Shown here one piece after another: positions 55,802-64,000 of a stretch of DNA of 64,000 bases. The translations under genes were made by a program, and so were the position numbers. Source of the stretch: an uncultured Candidatus Saccharibacteria bacterium. GTDB taxonomy: Bacteria > Patescibacteriota > Saccharimonadia > Saccharimonadales > JACDBH01. Each line of letters starts with the position of its first letter. The first letter of the stretch is position 1. The stretch covers positions 120,928 through 184,927 of the forward strand of contig CAZBAF010000001.1 of the NCBI GenBank assembly GCA_964490245.1, in the 5' to 3' direction. A model generated the notes under the pieces. That model searched no databases. It saw only the letters and a program-made list of their open reading frames with translations, and had not been told where the DNA came from.

Positions 55802-57340
55802 TTATGTATTATAGCCTAAAGCGTTTTGTTTGCGGTCGATATCGGGAAGTTTTTTGTAGGTTTTCATGACCGGTATACAGATATTGCGGTCTTTCCACTG
55901 CACAGTGCCGAACTCGTAGCGCAGCATCGAGACGTGCAGCAACAGCAAATCAGTCAATACGGCCGCCGGCAGAAGCGTCAGAGGCAGTATGTAGTTATGC
56001 GGGCTCCAGGCCTCCAGCACGCGAAAATGCACATACAACAGGGCGCAAGCGGTCATACCGGCAATAAGCCAGATGTGCTCGAGATCAATAAAGAACCCGG
56101 TCACAAAAAGCGCCAGCGGCAGCGCCAAGAACCACAGTTCGGCAAGGGTGATAAGCAGCACGTTCTCGGGGCGCTTGCGCGTCTGGGGATAACGCACCCG
56201 CACGCCCAGCTGCCACTGCGCATCCAGCCGCTTGGCCGTACCAACCGACAGTCGGGGGCCGGCACGCATAAAACTGTAATGATCGGTACGAGCCAGCTCG
56301 CGGGCCAGGTAGCCCTCCGGTACGACCGCATTATTAACCGCCTTAAAACCGCCCAGCTCCAGCAGGGCCTTACGCTCGATCATCCAGCACGAGCTGAGTA
56401 CCGGCGGCCGGTTGAACAGACGGCGGGGCAACACCAGCTCCCAGCCGTAGCGCATGGGCTGCACCAGGCCGGCATGTTCACGCACCTGCAAACCCTGCGG
56501 CATCACCGACAGCATGCGCTTGCGCCTGGACTTAAGCGTGCCGACCAGGCTGCGGATCGCCTGTGCATCAAAGCGCACGTCCACACCGCAAAACAATAAC
56601 AGCTCGCCGCTGGCGGCTTCGGCCAGCTGCTGATAGGCCTGATTTTTAGCCAGCCAGCCCTTGCGCGGCGGTTCACCCGCAATAAAACGCACGCCAGACT
56701 GGGCAAAACCTTTAATAATCTCTGATGTCTTATCCTGCGAGCAGTCGTCCAGCACCAGCACCTCCAGCTTGGGGTAATCGCTGGCCAACACTGACTCCAG
56801 GCAGGCCGGCAGATCGGCAGTTTCATTGCGGGCCGGTATACAGACACTGACCGTAGGCAGCTCGCCATCCGGCGTGTACTGGTCGCTGGGCCGCAAAGAG
56901 GATTTTTTAAGATTCCGATAGGTCGAAAGCACCAGCAGCAGACTGACCGGCAATGCCGCCAGCGACAAATACTGCAACCACTCCCAGGCAGTCCAATGCA
57001 GCCGGCCGGCACCGTACCACAACCCCACAGCAACCAGCTGCAGGCCCGCCAGCGCCAGTGTCGAGCGGCGCGTTACCGTCAAAAGCCGGCGCTCATGCAT
57101 GCGCCCGGTCAAGACCCGCGCTGCACTGACAAGCCGATACAGCGCCACAAACGCTACCAGGCCGGTCGCAATATGCGCGTCCTGCGCCACAAACAACACG
57201 GCGGCAAACACCGTCAATATAAATGAAGTCCCGTAGCCCAACGCACGCACCATGCGGTTGCGCAGCAGTACAGACAGTAGTTCGATCAGTAACCCGGCCA
57301 GGCCCACAAGAAGGGCAACGGCCACAGGGTCGTATAGCAT
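55802..57340 (-). CDS. membrane glycosyltransferase family 2 (cellulose-synthase-like)
   Basis: N-terminal TMs. DDCSQD (D,D,D) and QxxRW-like region. Six nt downstream of the HK gene. Confidence 0.7.
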   Translation of the reverse strand: MLYDPVAVALLVGLAGLLIELLSVLLRNRMVRALGYGTSFILTVFAAVLFVAQDAHIATGLVAFVALYRLVSAARVLTGRMHERRLLTVTRRSTLALAGLQLVAVGLWYGAGRLHWTAWEWLQYLSLAALPVSLLLVLSTYRNLKKSSLRPSDQYTPDGELPTVSVCIPARNETADLPACLESVLASDYPKLEVLVLDDCSQDKTSEIIKGFAQSGVRFIAGEPPRKGWLAKNQAYQQLAEAASGELLLFCGVDVRFDAQAIRSLVGTLKSRRKRMLSVMPQGLQVREHAGLVQPMRYGWELVLPRRLFNRPPVLSSCWMIERKALLELGGFKAVNNAVVPEGYLARELARTDHYSFMRAGPRLSVGTAKRLDAQWQLGVRVRYPQTRKRPENVLLITLAELWFLALPLALFVTGFFIDLEHIWLIAGMTACALLYVHFRVLEAWSPHNYILPLTLLPAAVLTDLLLLHVSMLRYEFGTVQWKDRNICIPVMKTYKKLPDIDRKQNALGYNT

Positions 57341-57555
57341 GGTTAAACTATAGCATAAGGGGTTTTAGCTTTAATATCTCCTGTATCAGGAAATGGATTG
57401 TTCTTCAGACGAAGAACCAAGTCACTACTTTTCTGTACAGACAGAAAAGTAGCCAAAAGAGCTCGGGCGGCTTCGCCGCCTATTCCAACTACTATCTACT
57501 AACTACCATCTACTTAGTTAACTCTCTCTGCACTTCGCACTCCTCACTTCTAGTC

Positions 57556-57605
57556 ACTGGTCACTAATCACTGACCACTAAACACTAAACACTAATAACT
57601 AATCA
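57556..57605. repeat. tandem heptamer array (CACTAAN)x~7
   Basis: tcactaa tcactga ccactaa acactaa acactaa taactaa tcacttc. Confidence 0.5.
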
Positions 57606-57633
57606 CTTCTTAGTCATCAACAGGGGTAGGGTA

Positions 57634-57662
57634 TTGACAATACTTTTAAAGTATGCTACAAT
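57634..57662 (+). promoter_or_regulatory. sigma-70-type promoter (TTGACA-17-TACAAT)
   Basis: Perfect -35 and spacing. Confidence 0.55.
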
Positions 57663-57796
57663 GAGAGGATAGGGACGAATGATATGCTCGCTTTGATGCT
57701 TTGGCCAGAGAAAGAACATAAAAGCGCTTATTCCGTTATTAAAAGAAGTTACTAAGTACTGTCTGTTTCTTGACCTCAAGAAAAAAAGGGAGTATA

Positions 57797-57824
57797 TTGA
57801 CACCTGAGCAGCTTACTCTATAGT
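57797..57824 (+). promoter_or_regulatory. sigma-70-type promoter (TTGACA-16-TATAGT) for secE-nusG
   Basis: 48 nt upstream of secE start. Confidence 0.5.
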
Positions 57825-57872
57825 AAGCTCTTTTTAATTTATAGATCCGCCGGGGGCGGTCAGGGGAGCAAG

Positions 57873-58295
57873 GTGGCAGACAATAAGCCAAAAGCCGGTC
57901 GCAAGCCGCGCATACGCAAAACCGAAACAGTGCGCGAACGCGCCGCACGCCAAAGTGCAAAAGCCGAAGCCAAAGCAGGCAAGACACCAAAACGCCGGGT
58001 CCGCCGGGCAGCGGCCAAAGTGGCGCGGCCGCTCAGCAAGCCGGCCCGCATTATCAGCTGGCCTTTCCGTCTGCGTCCCGTACGCTTTGTCGGGCGTATT
58101 TTAGGACGAATACTGTGGCCAAAATACTTCCGCAACTCGTGGAAAGAACTCCGGCAGGTCACCTGGCCATCACGGCGCGACACCTGGAAACTGACACTGG
58201 CAGTGCTGGTTTTTGCGGTTGTATTTGGCCTGGCCGCAGCCGGTACCGACTGGGTTTTGAATAAAGTGATACAAAGGATTGTCTTTAGGGCATAG
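57873..58295 (+). CDS. secE: preprotein translocase subunit SecE (long basic N-terminal extension)
   Basis: C-terminal …ELRQVTWPSRRDTWKLTLAVLVFAVVFGL…; precedes nusG; GTG start. Confidence 0.75.
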   Translation: MADNKPKAGRKPRIRKTETVRERAARQSAKAEAKAGKTPKRRVRRAAAKVARPLSKPARIISWPFRLRPVRFVGRILGRILWPKYFRNSWKELRQVTWPSRRDTWKLTLAVLVFAVVFGLAAAGTDWVLNKVIQRIVFRA

Positions 58296-58304
58296 GAGCA
58301 AAGC

Positions 58305-58847
58305 ATGAGCAAACGTTACGATACCAGCAAACAGTGGTACGCCATCCATACCTATAGCGGGTACGAAGAAAAGGTGGCCGAAAGCATCCGCCAGCGTGCG
58401 GAATCTTTGGACATGAAGGACAAAATCCATCAGGTGCTTGTCCCCAAAGAAAAAATGATCGAAATCAAAAACGGCAAGCGCAAGGTGGTTGAGAAGCGCA
58501 TCTTCCAGGGCTATGTACTAGTGCAGATGAAACTGACCGAAGACGCCTGGTACATCGTACGCAACACGCCCAGCGTGACCGGCTTTGTCGGCACCGGCAC
58601 CGAGCCAACCCCTGTCAGCACCGAAGAAATTGAAAAAATCATGAAGCGCATGGGCCGCGAAGATCCCAAGCACAAGATTGACTTTACCGTGGGCGAAGTT
58701 GTCAGCATCACTGACGGGCCGTTCAAGGGCTTTGACGGCGCAATCAACGAGATTGATGAACAAAAGGGCAAGCTGAAGGTGCTAGTCAATATGTTCGGCC
58801 GCGAAACACCGGTCGAGCTGGACAGCCTGCAAGTAAAACGGGTGTAA
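58305..58847 (+). CDS. nusG: transcription termination/antitermination factor NusG
   Basis: NGN start (…WYAIHTYSGYE…); KOW (…GEVVSITDGPFKGFDGAI…). Confidence 0.9.
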   Translation: MSKRYDTSKQWYAIHTYSGYEEKVAESIRQRAESLDMKDKIHQVLVPKEKMIEIKNGKRKVVEKRIFQGYVLVQMKLTEDAWYIVRNTPSVTGFVGTGTEPTPVSTEEIEKIMKRMGREDPKHKIDFTVGEVVSITDGPFKGFDGAINEIDEQKGKLKVLVNMFGRETPVELDSLQVKRV

Positions 58848-58851
58848 TGCT

Positions 58852-59160
58852 GTGCGCTATCCTGAACATTGGTCTTTTTCAGACGAGGATATGCAAAAAT
58901 TAAACGAAGCTGGTATTTCACCGATTCAGTTTCCAGCCGCGAACAGAGCGCTTGAACTTTTTGCCGTGGCCCCTGTCGGTATACTTTTTGGCGCGTTAGA
59001 ATCGCTGACAAGAAGCAGCCCGCTAAGCGCCCTGGGCTGCATATCCGTCTCTTTGGTTGCCTTAAAAGGCTCTTGGAATAATGCAGAGATAGCTATCCGC
59101 GCAGCCGTAGACGAATACAACCAACGTTTTCCTGAAGAAAGCCAGGATACCGCAGCGTAA
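58852..59160 (+). CDS. small hydrophobic protein, paralog 1 (inserted between nusG and rplK)
   Basis: Shares the C-terminal …A(I/A).EYN.R… with 59166..59477. Confidence 0.4.
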   Translation: MRYPEHWSFSDEDMQKLNEAGISPIQFPAANRALELFAVAPVGILFGALESLTRSSPLSALGCISVSLVALKGSWNNAEIAIRAAVDEYNQRFPEESQDTAA

Positions 59161-59165
59161 AACCA

Positions 59166-59477
59166 ATGACAGGCACCGGACACACACGGAAAGAAACCAT
59201 CCCGCCAAAGCTTCTGGCAACACTTGAAGCGACTGACATATCTCCCGAAGAAACCCATCCCGGTGTTACAGCAATCTTTTTGAGTCATCTCTCCGCCTTG
59301 TCATATGGCGCTTCTATACTTGAAGCGACACATAACGGCGCGACCTGGCGGCTGTCAACCGGCGTAGCAATCGGCTCGATAGCAGCTGTTGGAGCAATAC
59401 GCAACTGCCGGGCAGGCAACCGTGCGGCCATTGAGGAATACAACCGCCGCCAAACTGATGGTGGACAAATTCTATAA
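59166..59477 (+). CDS. small hydrophobic protein, paralog 2
   Basis: Tandem paralog. Confidence 0.4.
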   Translation: MTGTGHTRKETIPPKLLATLEATDISPEETHPGVTAIFLSHLSALSYGASILEATHNGATWRLSTGVAIGSIAAVGAIRNCRAGNRAAIEEYNRRQTDGGQIL

Positions 59478-59528
59478 TACATGCCATTAATATATTAATG
59501 AAAGTGTAAGGGCCTGCAGCCAATAGGA

Positions 59529-60800
59529 GTGGCGCAGCAGTCAGCGAGCCGTATTATGTCTACAGCAGAACAACTCCAACCAATTCCGGAACAACACGAA
59601 CGGATGCTGCGCACCGTAAGCCCGCAAGAGCAAATAGGCACTGAACAGTCCGCAGAAGGCACGCGAACACCGCAGTTAAGCAAAGAGTGGCAGGATAGAA
59701 TTGCCGCTATGCGCAAGCAATACAGCCGCATTGACGCAGGCACCCAACAAGAATCCGAACATTTGGCAGCAACAACAGAAGCAGCCGGCGCAAACGTACA
59801 GGGACTTGATGCCGAAGCCCACACTATAGCCGCGGGCGCAATCCGCCGCAGAGAATCACCGCAAAGTGGCGACAAAAAAATTCCTGCCAGAAAGACAGGC
59901 AGAAAAAATCGCCCAAAAAGTACAGGCGACTCTAATAAAACGGATACCGACGACAGCGTCAACTTATATCTTAATGAAATCGGCAGGGTAAACCTGCTCA
60001 CCGCCGAGGAAGAAATCGAGCTTGCAAAAGCCATAGAAGCAGGCAACGAAGCAAAAGACAGATTAGGGAAAATACTTGAGCCTCTTAATAAGCTGCCGGA
60101 TGACGAGATCAGAGATCTGGAAGCGCTGGTCAACAAGGGCGCTGCGGCCAAAGACCGGTTCATCCGCGCCAACCTGCGGCTGGTGGTCAGCATTGCCAAG
60201 CGCTATCCGCCGGCTGGCAACATGCGGCTTCTCGACCTGGTTCAAGAGGGCAACCTGGGGCTGGAGCACGCCGTCGATAAATTTGATTGGCGACGGGGTT
60301 TTAAATTCTCAACCTATGCGACTTTTTGGATCCGTCAGGCAATCGGCCGGGGCATTAACGAAAAGTCCCGCACAATACGTCTGCCGCACGACAAGGCCGA
60401 CACAATGAAAGCAGCGCTTCGAGAAGCAGATGGCGATGAAGAGCAGCTGGACGCCGAAAATGCCTCTCTTTACAAATTAGCCCACCCCGTATCACTCAAC
60501 GCCCCAACCGGCGATGACGGCAACACCTCGCTCAGTGACCTACTGCCAAGTCAACTGCCCAACCCGGAGGACAGCGTGCTTGCAGACGAGACACAGCAAA
60601 TTGTACACGGCCTGTTAGATAGACTGGATACCCGGGCACGATACGCTGTTGAAGCCCGGTTCGGGTTGATAGACGGCAAAAAAAGAAACTACCGCGAAAT
60701 CGGCGATAGCTTTGGCGTGACTGCCGAGGCAGCGCGCCGGCTGGTCAAGCGTGCGGTTGAAGGACTCAAAGACGACGCCTCCCGCCTGCTTGAGGATTAG
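59529..60800 (+). CDS. RNA polymerase sigma-70 family factor (RpoD/group 1-2 like)
   Basis: Region 1.2 (…DSVNLYLNEIGRVNLLTAEEEIELAKAIEAG…), region 2 (…FKFSTYATFWIRQAIGRGI…), region 4 HTH (…YREIGDSFGVTAEAARRLVKRA…). Confidence 0.85.
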   Translation: MAQQSASRIMSTAEQLQPIPEQHERMLRTVSPQEQIGTEQSAEGTRTPQLSKEWQDRIAAMRKQYSRIDAGTQQESEHLAATTEAAGANVQGLDAEAHTIAAGAIRRRESPQSGDKKIPARKTGRKNRPKSTGDSNKTDTDDSVNLYLNEIGRVNLLTAEEEIELAKAIEAGNEAKDRLGKILEPLNKLPDDEIRDLEALVNKGAAAKDRFIRANLRLVVSIAKRYPPAGNMRLLDLVQEGNLGLEHAVDKFDWRRGFKFSTYATFWIRQAIGRGINEKSRTIRLPHDKADTMKAALREADGDEEQLDAENASLYKLAHPVSLNAPTGDDGNTSLSDLLPSQLPNPEDSVLADETQQIVHGLLDRLDTRARYAVEARFGLIDGKKRNYREIGDSFGVTAEAARRLVKRAVEGLKDDASRLLED

Positions 60801-61126
60801 ACCGGTCTTCATCTAAAGATCAACAGAATCCGTAGACTCAGACTATGCCTGCGCACCACGCGATGAACAAAACAGCAAATTTGCCTTACGACAGTGGACA
60901 ACAGGGGTAAGCTATAGTATAATCAGCGGGTTACGCACAGTATCCTGATTGCAAGCTTCTTTCAAGCAATCACTAACCACTGTTAAGCATTTATTTTTGG
61001 TCAAGGGTCATTTGTTCTGATACGAGGCCTCCATTTCGAAAACGTATTTCTATACGGTGGAGAAATGTCCTCGGAGCAGAACTAATGACCACTCCAAAAA
61101 TAGATGCGCACTTAAAAGGAAATCTT

Positions 61127-61561
61127 ATGGCAGATGCAAAGCAAATCAAAGCAAACCTCAAGATGAAAATTAAAGGCGGCCAGGCCTCCGCAGCACCGCC
61201 CGTGGGCAGCACGCTGGGCCAGTACGGCGTAAATATGATGGATTTTATCCAGCCGTTTAACGACGCCACCAAAGACAAAATGGGCCAGGACCTGACAGTA
61301 CATATCACCATTTATGACGACCGCACCATGGACTGGCGTTTTGTCGGCACCCCGACTGATGACCTGATCCGCAAGGCGCTGGGCGTACAAAAGGGCTCGG
61401 GTGTCCCTAACAAAGAAAAGTTACCCAAAAAACTGACCCAGGCTCAGCTGAACGAAATCGCCGAGGCCAAGATGGCTGACATGAACGCCGACGATATCGA
61501 ATCGGTCAAAAAAATGGTCGCCGGTACCGCCCGCAGCATGGGCGTCGAGGTTGAGCAGTAG
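61127..61561 (+). CDS. rplK: 50S ribosomal protein L11
   Basis: …MKIKGGQASAAPPVGSTLGQYGVNMMDF…; AAGGA RBS before ATG 61127 (listed ORF 61085 over-extended). Confidence 0.9.
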   Translation: MADAKQIKANLKMKIKGGQASAAPPVGSTLGQYGVNMMDFIQPFNDATKDKMGQDLTVHITIYDDRTMDWRFVGTPTDDLIRKALGVQKGSGVPNKEKLPKKLTQAQLNEIAEAKMADMNADDIESVKKMVAGTARSMGVEVEQ

Positions 61562-62177
61562 TTCTTGGACCCGCACATCTCCTTTTAGGCGAAAGTCCGT
61601 AAAAAACAGCCTGAGCAGCGTCAAACATGCAGCTTAGGCTGTTTTCATTCCGCGGTGGGTGCTGTTGCCCCTGCGATAATATTAATGGTTGTAATAAAAA
61701 CGCTGCGCTTTTTAGCGGCCCGTTGTACACTTGACGGTAAATGAGCGGTTACGAAGGACAAGAACCGGCAACCAGACAACGTACACCCATCGAGCAGGAA
61801 CGAGTACTGTCTTTGGTTGAGCTCGGCTTGCTGCTTGAGGCGGCAGAGACGGCAGTGGACGGAGACGAAACACCGGAAGGCCAGTTCCTGCAAACGGCCG
61901 GCCATGATGGATGGAGGATCCACCTGCCCACAAGCAAAGCCGGTCTTGTAATCGGCTACGATGATCACCTTGAGGCCATGCGGGATCTTCTTGGCAGCCA
62001 CAAGCAAGCGATACGAGCCGCCGGAGAGCTGATGGCGCGAGCACTGAACGTCGGGCTGTCAGCTGACGGCAAGTAGATTGCTTTTTAAGCTGTAAACTTA
62101 TATAATTAATTCCACAAGTCAACTAATTGTGGGAGTCCTCCAAAAAGGACGCCAGCACCACGAAAGGATACACCCTA

Positions 62178-63137
62178 ATGGCAGAAGCCAAGAAAAAGGC
62201 TGCCGAGAAGGCAGAGAAAGAAGTAAAAGATGGGATTACTCAAGAAAGCGATTCAGTTGCGACTGAAACAAATCAAGAAGAACGATCCGAAGCAGTAGAG
62301 CCCAAAACCGCCAAAGCCGGTAAGCGCAGTGCCAAAGCTCTTAAAGAAGCAGAAGAGTTGCAGGCCAAAGAAGAACGCAAAGCCGGCAAAGAGCAGGCCG
62401 ACACCGAAGAGGTAAAAAAGCCTGCCAAAAACCCCACCCGTACCAAGCTGGAACGGGCCGGTAAGAAGCTGCGCGAAGCCGCCAAGTTGGTCGAAAAAGA
62501 CAAGGAATACTCCATTAAGGATGCCCTTGAGCTGGCCACCAAAACCAGCATTACCAAGTTTGATGCGACCGTCGAACTGCACATCAACCTGAACGTTGAT
62601 CCGCGGCAGGCTGACCAGAACATCCGCGGCAACCTGGTTCTGCCCAACGGCACCGGCAAAAGCGTACGCGTCGCCGTACTGGCAGAGGCCGATGATGCCA
62701 AAGCGGCAAAAACCGCCGGCGCCGATATTGCCGGCGACGACGACCTGTTGAAGCAGATCGAAAAGGGAGTGTTGGACTTTGACATACTCATTGCTACCCC
62801 TAACCTGATGCCAAAACTTGGTAAATTTGCTCGTACATTGGGACCAAAAGGCCTGATGCCTAACCCAAAGAGCGGCACCGTCACGACCGATGTCAAAAAA
62901 GCCGTCGAGCAGGCCAAAGCCGGCCGGGTCGAGTACCGTGTCGATAGCACCGGCATTGTGCACCTGGGCGTCGGCAAAGTTTCTTTTGGTGCCGACAAGC
63001 TGATGGCTAACGTGCAGGCTGTGTTTGATTCGGTTAAAACCGCCAAACCCGGCAGCATCAAGGGTGCATACGTTAAGAACATCACCGTCAGCACCAGCAT
63101 GGGCCCCGGCATCAAGGTCCAGGCCTCCGAGCTGTAG
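62178..63137 (+). CDS. rplA: 50S ribosomal protein L1 with ~100-aa Lys/Glu/Ala-rich N-terminal extension
   Basis: L1 core (…FDATVELHINLNVDPRQADQNIRGNLVLPNGTGK…GKFARTLGPKGLMPNPKSGTVT…). AAGGA RBS before ATG 62178. Confidence 0.85.
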   Translation: MAEAKKKAAEKAEKEVKDGITQESDSVATETNQEERSEAVEPKTAKAGKRSAKALKEAEELQAKEERKAGKEQADTEEVKKPAKNPTRTKLERAGKKLREAAKLVEKDKEYSIKDALELATKTSITKFDATVELHINLNVDPRQADQNIRGNLVLPNGTGKSVRVAVLAEADDAKAAKTAGADIAGDDDLLKQIEKGVLDFDILIATPNLMPKLGKFARTLGPKGLMPNPKSGTVTTDVKKAVEQAKAGRVEYRVDSTGIVHLGVGKVSFGADKLMANVQAVFDSVKTAKPGSIKGAYVKNITVSTSMGPGIKVQASEL

Positions 63138-63159
63138 AGGGCTAGCTCTGCTTGCAAAA

Positions 63160-63188
63160 AAGAGCGGTAATTTTGCCGCTCTTTTTGT
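63160..63188 (+). terminator. intrinsic terminator after rplA
   Basis: AAGAGCGG-TAATTTTG-CCGCTCTT + TTTGTT. Confidence 0.6.
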
Positions 63189-63703
63189 TATACTGCGGCT
63201 CATGGAGTCCAAAAAGTCACTGTATGTAGCCTGCGCCTTAAAGGGCGCGCCGCCGACATTTATTGAAGATGTTGCGCACCTGAAAAAACACTGGACGACG
63301 AAAGCCTGACAGTCCTGAAATTCATCGGACTTGGCACCCATACCCCTCTTGAGATTTTTGAGGGGGATATCCTTGAGTGTGTCAATAAATGCGACCTTTT
63401 CTTAGGTATTTACGGTCACTACAGCGATGGGCGCGGCGTCGAAACAGCCATAGCTTGGCAGCGCGGCATCCCTATGCCAGGAGTCGCACTGGAAAGCGCC
63501 GATATATCTAAGGTCATACTGGGCGGTTATGAACACTACCGGCAGCCGTTCCGGCGCGTTAGGAATATACGCATCGATGTGCCCAGTCTCGTGCATCAAT
63601 ATTTTGTCAACAAGCAACAAGAATAAAAACTACAACACGTTTATGCTTGTGGTGCAAAACCCTTGTACGCTACACTATTGGAAACGAGAGTGAGGGAAAG
63701 ACT

Positions 63704-64000
63704 TTGGGAGTTTACAGCAACATACAAATTCGTCAGGCACTGCAGGATGGCCACATTGTCTGTGTTCCATTCAACGAAAAACACATCAGCCATGCCAGCC
63801 TGGACGTCACACTTGGTTATCACTATTACCGCGTAGAGCGTGCCAATGAGCGCAACATGTATAATCCGTTCGACCGTGAGGATGTCGAGCGTTACTTTGA
63901 CGGCCCCTACAAGGCTATGCCGCACAAGGCCTGGTGCGACCTGAACGGTATTAAGCCACTTAAAAATATACCTGACGACCACCCGGTTATTTCACTGAAG
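63704..64000 (+). CDS. dcd: dCTP deaminase, 5' part (runs off window; TTG start)
   Basis: …IQIRQALQDGHIVCVPFNEKHISHASLDVTLGYHYY…; GAGGGA RBS 6 nt upstream. Confidence 0.65.
   Translation, partial: MGVYSNIQIRQALQDGHIVCVPFNEKHISHASLDVTLGYHYYRVERANERNMYNPFDREDVERYFDGPYKAMPHKAWCDLNGIKPLKNIPDDHPVISLK

Noticed and set aside
61741-62076. 111-aa plus ORF (and overlapping minus ORFs) in the rplK–rplA spacer
   Set aside because: No RBS, GC-rich with mutually overlapping frames on both strands. The spacer is more likely a structured regulatory leader than a gene.
62253-63341. Long minus-strand ORFs (362 and 294 aa) overlapping rplA
   Set aside because: Antisense to an unmistakable L1 sequence; Gly/Ala/Phe-rich shadow frames.
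63267-63626. Plus-frame ~115-codon open frame between rplA and dcd (…GIYGHYSDGRGVETAIAWQ…)
   Set aside because: No ATG/GTG/TTG start in a plausible position and no recognisable motif. It may be non-coding or a degraded gene.

Overview
The window holds two compositionally distinct parts. About 1-35.5 kb is lower-GC (~45%), almost entirely plus-strand, and reads as a prophage, with the host chromosome following from ~35.6 kb. The prophage's left end lies outside the window. Its gene order is: an early recombination/nuclease module (RecT, PD-(D/E)XK and VRR-NUC nucleases, small Cys-rich proteins); a ParB-nuclease/DNA-methyltransferase fusion; small and large terminase; a portal fused to a MuF-like head-morphogenesis domain; protease/scaffold; a Mu gpT-like major capsid; head-tail joining genes; a siphovirus-type tail (major tail, chaperones with a -1 frameshift site, a 937-aa tape measure, distal tail proteins); a lysis cassette (XhlA-like, GH25+LysM endolysin, holin); a small tyrosine recombinase; and a tRNA-Thr-like 3' fragment at the right junction (~35.47-35.55 kb). 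Two things in the phage stand out. First, six copies of a 21-bp repeat (GAATTATCGTTACACGGCATC) lie in alternating orientation between 26.4 and 33.4 kb. Each copy sits in frame as the peptide IIVTRH at the start of a different tail-fibre C-terminal cassette, which is a shufflon-like multiple-inversion architecture. Second, seven copies of a ~50-bp unit (-10 box TATAAT, ~10 nt, an AACGCGG...CCGCGTT hairpin, then a U-run) each sit immediately upstream of a late gene or operon. The host part (~55% GC) carries rpmG, an alpha-glucan cluster (GT4 synthase, GH57, GH15), zwf, a Y-family polymerase, a Cas2-like solo protein, an FNR-like reductase, an Rpf+LysM wall hydrolase, an AccD-AccA fused carboxyltransferase, tRNA-Trp, a PAS histidine kinase and a GT2 membrane glycosyltransferase. 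It also carries secE-nusG-(two paralogous small proteins + a sigma-70 factor)-rplK-rplA, where L1 has a long Lys/Glu-rich N-terminal extension, and the 5' end of dcd. No CRISPR array, rRNA or transposase was seen. Every functional call rests on motif recognition by eye, with no database search.
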